This document shows, piece after piece, positions 49,716-61,839 of a DNA stretch of 64,000 nt. The position numbers were made by a program, and so were the translations under genes. The DNA lies in NCBI GenBank assembly GCA_965235115.1, contig OZ249436.1, positions 49,166,001 through 49,230,000 of the forward strand, written 5' to 3'. The DNA comes from Laetmonice hystrix (Eukaryota). The notes beneath the pieces were generated by a model. It ran no database searches and was not told the DNA's origin. It saw nothing but the letters and a program-made list of their open reading frames with translations. Positions within the stretch are counted from its first letter, which is position 1; each line of letters begins with the position of its first letter.

Positions 49716-49959
49716 GTCAGTGGCAAACCCAATCAAATCCATAGAGTCTCATTTGAAGGACTATAAAAGTGGTATATAAATGTAACGTGACCGCTGAGCC
49801 CATTTCTTTTCAGCATAGAATACATTTGAAGAACGAAGAGCAGATAGAATGCATATAAGTCTTATTTCGTTAAGCATTTAAAATATTTTGCATAAGAAAA
49901 CCTTGATATTTGGCATATCGATTTAATATGTTAACCTGATTTTGATTGGCTGTGTGTAG

Positions 49960-50088
49960 GTAACCAACTATCTCCTAGATGCTTCCCGCCTATTGGATGA
50001 CGACGAAACATACCGAGCGTCGTTAGAGATCGAACCACGACAACCTCGTGTATCGGTCACCAACACCACATCAACGTCAGCGTGTTAG
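49960..50088 (+). CDS. RASGRF: RasGRF terminal coding exon V (VTNYLLDASRLLDDDETYRASLEIEPRQPRVSVTNTTSTSAC*)
   Basis: tgtgtgtag| acceptor; Y..SL.IEP motif; TAG at 50086-50088. Confidence 0.94.
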   Translation, partial: VTNYLLDASRLLDDDETYRASLEIEPRQPRVSVTNTTSTSAC

Positions 50089-52309
50089 ACGGTGATAGGC
50101 CAACTACTACGTGAAAACCAGAGGAAAACAACATGCATCCCCACCAGCTGGTGGTAGATCATCCTCTACACCAAGCACAGCCGACATTGGTGCATTATAA
50201 CTGGCAAAAAATATTAATAGAAAATAAGTCGCAAAGGTAGATGACTGTAAGGTAAACTTAAAATCTGATCGAAGATTGCGCTGTATATTTGATACAAGCT
50301 ATTTTCATATCATGGAAGACGGTGCAGATGAAACGGCTGGGTCGATCGACGATGGTCTAGCCCTTGTTTACGAGTAAAAGTTGCCAGAGCCTTCTTAACT
50401 AGTCAGCAGCACAGGAACTGTAACTGCTTTTTGCATTGTAAATATAAATTATTAGGCATGCTTATTTATTTGACAATTATGTATACGACGTGATAAAGAA
50501 ATGAGTTTCCCTGGATTATACGTTACAGATATGAATAGGGCGAGCCGTTAGCCCTATGAAGGTGTCTGGCGTACTACTTTAGTGACAAAAAGAAGCAATG
50601 TTGTTGTAATGAGGTATGCCAAAGAGTATTGCTACTACACCCAAAAGTTATAAGACGTACCCCAATGTTCTCAGGACGACGTCTGGCAGCCCGATGGTTG
50701 GTAAGTACGAATGGCCTGTTATAATGTCATGGTCATTACAATGGGCAGTCTGTTGTTGGTTGACGTTTGCCGCACACCTAAAGTTACATTATTTTGCTAG
50801 AGGAAGGCACGGGTGTCTTTACGTGTGGGCGTCTATGTATACGTACGCCAGACCTCGGCGGCATCAAGCTGTGGCCGTATCCTGCCCGACTAAATGTAGC
50901 ACGTACGGACGGATGCCAAGTGAGACTTTGGGTCGTCTGAGTTGTGGGTGTGGGACGTGGGAAAAAAGTGTTTAATCAAAGAAATAACGCTGGTTTTTTC
51001 CGGGTGTAAGTGCGTTTTAAGTACACTCTGCACGCTCGAGTGTCAAACCCGTTGTGCTGTGTGCAGCTCAAGCTGACCCTCCCGACCAGGGACGGGCCAC
51101 AGTATCCGTTGAGACACGTCGAAGACCTAGAGACGATCTTTGCCGAAGTCAATATTATTAATGTCAGAAAGCCACTACTGTCAGTGACTGCGATCCCATG
51201 GAATAAGGGACCATATATTAATAGGTTAGCCCTCTTAGGGACCATTTGTTGTACAGCCCAAGTAGAATCCGTTGGTGATAAGTGGGTCAGAATCTATAGG
51301 CTATATAGAGCTATACAAAGAAAACTGCGGTTTCGAAACGACATTCGAAAATAACATCAAGAGAAGTTTTTTGACTGAGCGTTAAATAGTGACTTGGGCG
51401 GTTGGGGGGTTGGTTGACTTATTGAACTCTTACAAGTGAACTGACAGTCCTGCTGAAAGACTGGCTTTTACTAAACGAAAACTATCTTTATTTACTAAAA
51501 TTCCTTCTTTTAAAAAAAAGGTGGCGCGAATTAATGAAAGTGGAGTTTCTTGTTAAAAGGGTAAACTTTTTTTCTAAAAGGGAATGCCTTGATTTGTCGT
51601 ATACAAAGATTTAATGAAATAAATTATTAGTATTTTAACCCGTTAAACCTTAATCATGTTAATCATCATTCTTTTAATGAATGTACTGTGTCGATTATAT
51701 TAATATAAAAACTCCGATTAATGATAAAGGCACGGTGGGCCGAGAGTGAGTGTTGATGTATTAACATGTGCTTTGCCGCACCCCCATCTGTCGTGTTGCT
51801 GTATAGTTGTTGATGGCAGAGGCGGTCTGCGAATGCTACACTTTGATCTCATCGTAAGGTGGTAACAATAATTTATGACGAAGAGGGATGAAGAAACGTT
51901 TAAGAGCAAAATTGTATGTTATGCTATTACGGGATGGTACTTTGTAGACAGTACATTCAGTGATTTTAGCGCAGTTTCGTCGGTCTGAGAAAAACATACC
52001 TAAGTGTGATATGTGATAATTGAGATGTAAAAAAAAAACACCTTCCCCCTAATGAAACAAACCACCATACAAATATGATATATACACACAATGCTTGCAC
52101 TCTTCTCTAGGTATGACAAAGTTTTGTCCCTTTTATTCTGCAATACGAACGTTTGGATGCCGGTATTTTCCATGACTAGAACCGTTGTGTCGTTTGCCGT
52201 CGCTCTCTCAGCACCACCCCCTCATGGTTCTTACATATTTCAGCCGTATTTCGGTATGTCTCCCTATACCTACATGTGTACCACCTTTCAGGTCTTCTGC
52301 AACAATAAA
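50089..52309 (+). other. Probable RasGRF 3' UTR; end uncertain
   Basis: AATAAA at 51618-51623 and 52304-52309; TGTAAATA (Pumilio-type element) near 50437; TTATTTATT AU-rich element near 50463. Confidence 0.45.
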
Positions 52310-54479
52310 ACAAAGTTCACCATACATGCACCCAACCTTAGGTATATTAAGCAGTTTCTCTAAGGCAGGGTTGTTCTCTTAGTAAAGTCCATCGAAATTA
52401 CGCTAAACTGATCAAACCAGTACGTGTGAACATCGGAAGGCGAGGTGAAAACGATCAAGGTCTTTCATCTCATGGATCAACCGCAAGAGGGCACTGCATC
52501 ACAAGAGTTGTCAGAAAGTATACATGTACATGTTTGTGATGTTTTTGGACATTAATGCTCATATTAAAGATAAATAATTCAGTAGGTATACAGTAACTGT
52601 TGATAACACCATTGTGGCCGCGACTTCCATTAAGCGTCGGCATTATCATGATATCTGTGAAATATTGTCGAATTATCTGAACTTATTATGATCCATAAAA
52701 TCTCTTACACGGTTTTTAACACGTCGACCATTGTGACTAAAAACTAAGGATAATATAGACGGGAAAGGTATACGACTCCCTGACAACTCGGTGGTGACAA
52801 TCATGGCAGCATGACGAATAGTCCAACTCATCAAGGTTATCTGGTGCTTCAATAAGTCAATCATATCTTGGGTTTACCGCAATAATAAGGGACAATTTGC
52901 AATACTCCCGGGGAATTCTGGTAATTATAGATCATTTTAGGGGAACAAGACTTCAAAAATGCCAAGATCATAGAGTGTAAAATCAATAATGAAAATGTCC
53001 ACGAAGACTCAGGCAGTCAAGGCGCCTTCTCCTCAATACTAATATGATGCTGTGTCATATCATAGACTTTTCTCCTCAATACTAATATGATGCTGTGTCA
53101 TATCATAGACTTTAACAATGATCTTTGGTCATATTAAGTATGGTGGCGTACGAATTTATTACAGTTCTATTTAGGCAAGACACCTACACCATTGTCTTAA
53201 AACATTCCGAAAGCAGAATATTATGAGCATAGGTAATACGCATGTGGACTTGTCAAAGAAATCGTGAAAATAGTTTCGTCTAAGAAGTGGGAGTAAGCTC
53301 CCTGTGTACGAGATGTAACGACAAAAGATTATGGTTGTCACTGTCTGAGAGACTCCACACGCAACCAGTCTCTGCCCAGTCCCTGCCCAGTCCCTGCCCA
53401 GTCTCTCACTAGTAGGCCTACATGCAACCAGCCAGACACGCAAACAACATATCCACCACAAAAACAAACATGCATCGTACATGTAAAACATCTAATTGTA
53501 CACGCATACATGCTAGGCCTTTATATGCATACATGCATAGGCATGCGTGAATGCACATCTAGTGCCTTCATAATTAATAAATAAATAAATAGAGACATAT
53601 ACGTACATATTGCTATTCTCTAGAGTATGACATAATGTAATTACAAAGGACTGCACCTTGGAAGTGGAACCAGACAACCCTTCAAAATTTATGTTTGACT
53701 GACACTGCTATTTCAGTCATTGCCCTATGAAAATTTTATATGACTATATAATTCTCTTTTAAGCAGACACATCATAATGAGGTGAAGAATCCCTGTCTGC
53801 GCTACCTTGTCCTATCTCCCGTAAAGACACTGTCGTCTATGGCTGTGTTTCCCCCACTATGCATGCACCAGCATCTCATCGCATGTTGTAGGCAATCCCT
53901 TTATATGGGTCGACGCCGATAACAAAAATATTATTGTGTCTGCATTCATAAAACTGTTTGGACTCCTCTGTTAATGTCCTTAACTATTTTCCTTCGATCG
54001 AGCTGTCAATTTTGTTCTGTAATAAATACCCATCCCTCGGTATCCGTCTATTGTCTCGTTAATTCTTGGAGAAGGGGCAGGTTCTGTCGGTTATAGGATG
54101 GTATATGATAATATATAAAGGCTTTCTGTTCTTAATCTGACATTTTGGCTATATTTTAGATCTATGTCATTCAAATATTAGATGTTGAAGGTGGCTAGGC
54201 CATCAATTAAGGGCCGATCAAACCTATAGATCTACTAGATTAAAGCTCCCGAAAACTGAGAATGGGCCCGTCTAGGCCTAAACCAATTCCAGTTTCTTAC
54301 AAATGAAACAGTATTCTGTATATGCCTCCTGCATGCTCCACTTCGCTTGCTGGAGTCGCCTCTTGGTTAAGATTTCACGACAAACGCTTAATTAACAGGG
54401 GCGGATCCAGGATTTTGGTGGGAGGGGGGTTAGGGGAAGAATTTGCCTTAGGCATGGGGGCGGGGGGGGGGTTGCGGCT

Positions 54480-54830
54480 CGATATGTCCGCCTGGCACGA
54501 TATGTCCCCGGCACGATAAGTCCGCGGGTTTCTCCCTAAAACGGCACGATAGGCTATGTCCGACCAGCACTATATATATGTCCTCGTTTTTTACAGCAAA
54601 AATGGCACGATATATCCCCGGCACGATATGTCCGCAGTTTTCTCCCTAAAACGACACGATATGTCCGCAGTTTTCTCCCTAAAACGACACGATAATATGT
54701 TATGTCCACCTGGCACGATATGTCCGCGTTTTTCAAAGCAAAACGGGCACGATATGTTCACATTTCTTTTCAGCAAAGAAATATAATAATAATAATAATA
54801 ATAATAAGGCACGATATGCCTGCTCGTCAA
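54480..54830 (+). repeat. Repeat element with many ggcacgatatgtcc subrepeats (probable non-autonomous DNA element remnant)
   Basis: About ten copies of the (g)gcacgatatgtcc motif with variable spacers; family not determined. Confidence 0.7.
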
Positions 54831-55293
54831 AATAGTTGGGTTTTTTTCTTAGAAAGCAATATTTGATATATTTATTGAAAAAGATAAATTTTAGTTGACA
54901 TAAATTAGGGACTCTATTCAGAACTTATATATGTGTGGGGGCTGTGTGTGGGGTGTGTGTGTGTGTGTTATTTCGGGGGGGGGAGAATTTTTATCATTAG
55001 GAGAAATTTGGAGTAATTTCCTGCAATGCTTGCTGAGTTAATCACAAGACGGTTTGAGATATTTTCATGAAAGTAGGTCAACATTACACATTATGAATAT
55101 TTTCGTATAAGGTTTGTGCAACACTCTTGTCCTCTGGGCACATTACCTTTTTTGCGATTCAGCCTAAGTAGGCCTACTATCGGCCTCATGATAACATAAC
55201 AGAAGTAATTATCTGTAAATAGGGAAAAAGAGTTCGACCATCCACGCCGAAGATTTTATGTCACCCTTGCCTCGGTAAAAAATATAGGCCTAT

Positions 55294-56689
55294 TATAGGG
55301 ACGCCTCATGTTTCATGTTTCCATGCCTTTATTGTCCAGGAGGCAGGCCATACGTTTCGTCTATCATCTACTCCCATCTAATCTGTGTCCCCTACAGACC
55401 ATCTGTGAGCGTCCGACAACGTTGTCAGGTCGTGCCAATGACTGTTTGCCGTCAAGGTTTAGTTAACAATGGCAAATGACGTTGTACGCCTTTTCTATAT
55501 CAGATATCGCATCCCCACGTAACAAACACACAAAGAAAGGTTATACAGAGATGTTGCAGGCAGAAGACAACAGGGTGCAGCGCAGCTCCCCTTAAGCGGC
55601 GAGGGCGGCGCTGACTGCACTGCCGCCTTCCGGGCAGCGGTGGAATCACCACGTACACCTGGCCGGCCTGGCAGGCACCTGTGGCTCTTAGGCGAGAGAC
55701 AGGTTAAAGCAATGATAAGCGAAAAATGGCTACATTTTTGATACGTCAAATTGAAACTACGCCCCCCAAAATTATTATTCTTATGCCAGATGTAGACTCT
55801 ATAACTGTCAAGCGTATAGGTCTCGTACGTTCGCTACAGATATATGGTTGTGATGTGTACACTTCGCATTTGAGTATCTTCTCCAGATTTTAACATTAGA
55901 TGCTCCTCGCCTGTACCTTTCATTTCCACTACCTCACTGTAGTGTTTGCATGGCTACTATAGGCCAGCCGGTAAGATGTAGGGGCTTCTCACTCTACTGG
56001 TTGGCCTCCCACACTGCTTGGCCCCACACTGGACTGTTTGGCCTCAATGTACTCTTTGGCCTCACTGTAGTGTTCGCTTCGGTGCTAGGCCAGCCAGTAT
56101 ACCTTGTAGCAATTCCTCTCTGTACTGGTTGGCCTCCCTGTACCGTTTGCTTGTATACAAGAGTAGCCAGTAGTATAGGGTCGCCTCATGTTTCATGTTT
56201 CCATGCCTTACTGTCCAGGAGAGAGCCATACGTTTCGTCTATCATCTACTCCCATCTAATCTGTGTCCCCTACAGACCATCTGTAAGCGTCCGACAACGT
56301 TGTCAGGTCATCGCAATGACTGTTTGCCTTCAAGGTTTAGTTAGCAATGGCAAATGCAGTTGTACACCTTCTCTATATCAGATATCCCATCCCCAAAATA
56401 ACAAACAAACAAAGAAAGATTACACAGAGATGTTGCAGGCAGAAAACACCAGGGCGCAGCGCAGCTCCACTGACTGCACTGCCGCCTTCCGGGCAGCGGT
56501 GGAATCACCACGTATACCTCTGGCCGGCCTGGTAGGCACCTGTGGCTCTTAGGCGAGAGACAGGTTAAAGCAATGATAAGCGAAAAATGGCTACATTTTT
56601 GATACGTCAAATTGAAACTATGCCCCGCAAAATTATTATTCTTAGGCCAGATGTATAACTGTCAAACGTAGGGCCTATAGGTCTCGTAC
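55294..56689 (+). repeat. ~530-bp direct duplication (55294-55828 and 56174-56689) around a 345-bp spacer
   Basis: Both copies run tataggg.cgcctcatg...ggtctcgtac, with scattered substitutions and small indels. Confidence 0.92.
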
Positions 56690-57790
56690 CCAGTGGGCAC
56701 ATGACGTCGAATCAACGTTATATTTTGGTTGAATCTTAGTTGCGACGTCGACAACCACTTTGCAACGTCTGTGTGACGTCAATACTGAGACGTTGACAGG
56801 ACGTCTAGGAATTGACGTCAGATAGACGTCAATACTGAGACGTTGACAGGACGTCTAGGAATTGACGTCAGATAGACGTCAATACTGAGACGTTGACAGG
56901 ACGTCTAAGAATTGACGTCAGATAGACGTCAATACTGAGACGTTGACAGGACGTCTAAGAATTGACGTTTATCTGACGTCAATCCGCAGACGTCGGCTGG
57001 ACGTCTAAGAATTGACGTCAGATAGACGACAAAACCCAGACGTTGGCAGGACGTCTAAAAAACAACGTCTATCTGACGTCAACCCCCAGGGGCCGGTTTT
57101 ACTAAAGGTCCTTATTTAAGGACGTCGCTAATTTAACATAGAAGTGAATGGTTGCTAGGTCGTTATTTTGGACCTAGCAACCCATCCACTTCTATGTTAA
57201 ATTAGCGACGTCCTTAAATAAGGACCTTTAGTAAAACTGGCCCCAGACGTCGGTTGGACGTCTAAGACTTGATGTCAGATAGACGATAATACCCATACGT
57301 TGCTAGGCCGTCTAAGAAACGACGTCTATCTGACATCAGTCCCCAGACGTCGGCTGGACGTCTGTGATTTGACGTCAAATAGACGTCAATACTCAGACGT
57401 TGCTAGGACGTCTAAGAAATGACGGCTATCTGACGTCAATCCGCAGAGGTTGACAGGACATCTAAGAATTTACGTCAGATAGACGTCAATACTCAGAGGT
57501 TGCCAGGACGTACCAGAATCGACGTCTATCTGACGTCGATCCACAGACGTCAGCTGGACGTCTAAGAATTGACGTCAGATAGACGTCAAAACTCAGACGT
57601 TGCCAGGACGTCCCAGAATCGACGTCTATCTGACGTCAATCCACAGACGTCGGCTGGACGTCTAAGAATTGACGTCAGTTAGACGCCAATACTCAGAGGT
57701 TGCCAGGACGTACCAGAATCGACGTCTATCTGACGTTAATCCCCAGGCGTTGGCTGGACGTTTCAGAACTCACGGTAGATAGACGTCAAT
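56689..57790 (+). repeat. GACGTC-rich repetitive element with 50-bp (2 x 25 bp) tandem units
   Basis: Begins cccagtgggcacatgacgtc; unit gacgtcagatagacgtcaatactgagacgttgacaggacgtctaagaatt. Confidence 0.9.
57090..57243. mobile_element. 154-bp near-perfect palindromic Harbinger-like MITE inserted into the GACGTC array, CAG TSD
   Basis: cag|gggccggttttactaaaggtccttatttaagg... / ...ccttaaataaggacctttagtaaaactggccc|cag; the host unit resumes after the TSD. Confidence 0.88.
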
Positions 57791-60700
57791 ACAAGGACAT
57801 GCTTAAGAATCATGTATAGAGAATCTAATAACGTCAACCTAGTGAAATGGCCTCTTACTTTTTATCTAATGTGTTCTTTTTCTCATGCGAAAAGAATGAG
57901 GCCTATCCTTTTTTGTCGTTCAGAAAGCCGGCCCGGAAAGAATGCAGGCCGATCTAGCTTCCAGATATCGGTTTTACATAAAGTTATACCGGTTTTCATC
58001 CCCCCCCCCCCCCAGAAGCATCATTATAACTTTGCATACTCCACACTGATAAGTATTATTATAGGAATTAGGCACAAGAAAATTTATATTGTCACGCAAG
58101 TATGTCCAAACGTATTACAGTATACTTGTGAGAAGAAATTAACAGGCTCTTAATATGCTCACAATTATTTGAACTACATTATAAATATTACAATAATCCA
58201 TATATATACATATAAGTTTATGTCCCAATTATAGTAAAGTGGCCACCACGTCCGATAACCGATAGATGGCAGCACAAGCGCCTGGGGTATAGGGTGCTTA
58301 ATTGAAGTTTTTTGGCCCCATGTAATATTAAACAAGGAGAACAGCACCACAGATCGTTTCTTCAGGTAGCAAAGAAGCTATAATTAGGTGAATTCATGCG
58401 TAATCAGGGAAAGTAACTATTTCACATTTCTGGCCCGCCCAGATGCTGTTGGCGAGTTACACTGAAAGGCAATAACTTTCCTAAAGTTGCGGTAATTGGT
58501 CGAATATTGTTCAAATAATATCAAATATGGTGTTATTATGGCGTGTTCTACACATTACTATTGCAGATGTCGTAGGAAAATTTAAAAAAAAATTAATTCT
58601 GAATAAAAAGTTGGACTCCCCAATCTGAACATTATAGGCCTACTGCTTCTGTATGCAGGCAAGGCCCCTCTCTATACGCCCGCTCAATCACACCGCAATC
58701 CTCGTTATGGAAATACTTTAAGAATGAATTACTTTTAAATGAAATACATGTAAGTTGTTATCCATTTTACTGTTGAAGGAACCTTAGTGAAATTCTCGAC
58801 GTTGCTAGGAATGCCAATTCTCTAATGAGTCCTCCATTTCTAATCAAATATGTTATAAGCTCCAGCTTTGCTTACACATTCACAAGACCTTTGTCCATAA
58901 ATGTCGTCAGGTTGGGATAAAAGGATTGAGTATTTTTTTAGATGGGCCCTCTATTACTTCTCCCATACTGCTACCCCGACCTGAATCCACCCTCCACGGG
59001 CTCCCATGCATGGCCATGCACTGCTCAGCTGCCGGTCACGGCCGGGGAATTTCACGCTTGCTGCTGTGTCTTTGTGGCCAAATTGATCATTATGAACTTT
59101 TGCGGTTACATCCCTCAGTATTTCCCGAATTAACACACTGCAATAGCCAGACCTTATAGTAAGACAATGCATATATCTAGATTCTCTTCTCTGAGAGTCT
59201 GGCGTTACCGAGAGTGGCTCCTCACACGCTCACACGCGGGCAGATGCTTATCACACGCATTTCTGTTTTTTTTGTATACATTTCTCTGCACTGTGGTGAG
59301 TAGGCCTAGTTCTAACCACAGATTTTCTTTAACTATCATGCAGTGGCGGTGGATTTTGCAAGTCAGGTTAGGAATAAGTATTTCCAGGGACTTTTAGAAC
59401 TCTTATTAATTTCTCTGGAATGTAGGGGCTATTGGCCTTTGGTGCCATCATTATGTAGGCCTGCCTTTTTGAAACAAATGACTCTGCCCCACAGATTGCA
59501 CAAAAATACACCAGAGAAAGCCCCAGATCAAACACGTTCCTGATGAGGCTGCCAGCCAGACACCCCCCCCCCCCCTTCACACGCATTGTCCCCAGAGGTT
59601 GGAAAGTCTGTAATATACAGCCTCCTATATATAGAGTGCAGCGTTCTACACGCAGCATCATGCAAGTGACCGCCTGCTGGAGCGGAGAAATGACCGAGGT
59701 CAGGGGGTCGTGGTCCTAGGTCAGCGCATACTCGTTGGCGCGAAATTCAGTTGACCGAATTCCTCCTGCATGGGTGCAGACTTCGACAACATTCAAGATG
59801 CTACGTACTCTCCAATACAGGCTACAAACACGTAAGTCGGCTACACCATTGTTTTAGAAGAAACTATGTGCCATGCAGTGTGCTATGTAATGATATGTTT
59901 TATTTAACTTAGGAAACCCTAAGTGAACTAAATCTATATAGCGGTCGCTATATCCCGCCAATTTAGATCAAGCATTCCTTTGTTCTAAGATAATTCTTCC
60001 AACAGCCCCGCCTTTGATGTAGTCTTACAAAAATTGTATATTTTAGGTTTATGGAGGACCCCTTCCCCCACACCTTTTTTTAATCTAGTCCCATGGCAAA
60101 TTTAAACCAACATTTAATTCTTTCACCTTTCTGAAAAAAAATGTTACTTTTGACACGCAGGATTGATTGGATGTTCCAATTTTGGAATTATTATAATAAT
60201 CTTTTTGACTTTCAAGGTCTACATAATATAGATTTGTGTATGGAAGTATACATGTACTATGTAGGCATATGTCGTATATATTGTACACGCGTTGGTCATA
60301 TGCCTAAAGTTCCCACTGAGAGGGTGAGGCTAAGATGTTGTTGGGCAATAAAATTCGAAATTAACCTACTTAGAGTGTGGATGTATAGGATTTGAGACCG
60401 GGACTAGGTCGGGGTTCTGTCACCCTGATGTTTGATCTGTTCGTTTGGAAACACATGTCCGCATATCATGCCACGCGTGAAGTCAAAAGTAATAGAATCA
60501 GAGGCAGAATTTCCTTAGCAACCATGTATTTTATGTATAATCTACTGAGGTCAATTCCAAGACAGACTCATCACAAAACTGACTTAAACAAAACTTTCTG
60601 GCTGGATTTGATTTAGACCTATTTCCTTTATGGATTAGTTAGATAGGGTATACGTAGAAACCTATTTTTGTCAAAATCAGAAACTCGACCTGCAATTCAT

Positions 60701-61839
60701 TCTGAGCCCTGCTGTGCGAATTACTACCCGTTTTGGTTTGTTAAAAATGTTTGTCTGTTTATTCATTTTTCATATGCCAATGCCAAGGTGGCCCAAATAA
60801 AACAGAAGACGTTGAGTCATCAATAGAGGCCCAAAGATGCCAACCTCTCCAGGCCGATGGATCTCATCTCCAGGACGTCTTTCAAATCAAGAAGAGCTTG
60901 ATAAAATGGTTAGCAATATTCAGTCAACTCCTGGAAACAGAGAGTTCCTTGCAACTTCTTAATTGATGTGTTAAGAATTAAACGCTTTTATATTAAAGTG
61001 TTTTAAAACTATTTCCAATCAAATATCAGATATTTATGACGTAAATGAAATTTTTAGAAACAAATTTTTAGGAACGTTCCATGCTTTTTAGAAAGAAGAA
61101 CGAACATAATAATCTGGCCAGCTATTCATAGGGTTTTCCCAATGGTTATGTTCACAGGATTGAAGGCTAGGAAGGGCACCACGTAAAGGTTCCTCTCCAA
61201 AAAAAGTTGTCTATGCAGTGTTGCGGAAGATCTCTGACTGGAGCCTACAAGACACTACAACGTCCAAAGCAGAAAGGGCATATCAGACTTTTGACATCGG
61301 CGTCGTACATTAGTCATATGACGCCATACTGATGTTCACCACTGACCACAGCTTGACCTTAGTTTGACGTCAGGTTATGGAATCATTTTAACGTCAGGTA
61401 GACTTTTTTTTTTTTTTTTTTTTTTTATTAAATTTTTTATTTTTCACATAAAGTACTTACAAAACAGGACGAAGACACGACATACATGCACGTGACATGA
61501 TACATGATGACAAGATAACAGCACTACAATTAAGACAAAACATGTTTACATGTACATACACGACACAACATACAAGGGCCTTGCCTTAATACTATATACA
61601 GAAGCTTAGATATGTGACGCGTTCAACAATACCTCCCATTTTTTAAGAAACTTTCCTACTTTGTATTCTTTGCTACTTCATTTTCGACATTTTCTTACAG
61701 GTACACATATACATGTATTTGGTAGCCCGCTTATTTAACAACATACCTACGATTACCAAAATATTTCCCATTTTTAACAAAACAAACTTTATACATATAT
61801 CGCACAGTGTACAAGCCCCCATGTCTATATAATTTTAGT

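Larger units (their letters stand above)
6709..50088 (+). other. RASGRF: RasGRF gene span (5'-partial): DH(C-terminal part)-PH2-split REM-CDC25 Ras GEF; 22 coding exons, ~1219 codons in the window
   Basis: Hand-spliced exons give one continuous frame with consistent phases. Hallmark RasGRF peptides: [131 protein letters not shown]. Confidence 0.97.

Noticed and set aside
50074-50088. C-terminal prenylation signal (…TSAC*)
   Set aside because: The Cys is terminal, not at -4, so it is not a CaaX box.
55294-56689. Full LTR retrotransposon
   Set aside because: No gag/pol, TG...CA ends, PBS or TSD; reported only as a direct duplication.
58877-59172. Possible minus-strand exon (VLIREILRDVTAKVHNDQF...)
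   Set aside because: Weak acceptor context, unrecognised peptide and no linked exons.
60837-60962. 41-codon ORF MPTSPGRWISSPGRLSNQEELDKMVSNIQ...
   Set aside because: Short and isolated, with no splice or homology support.
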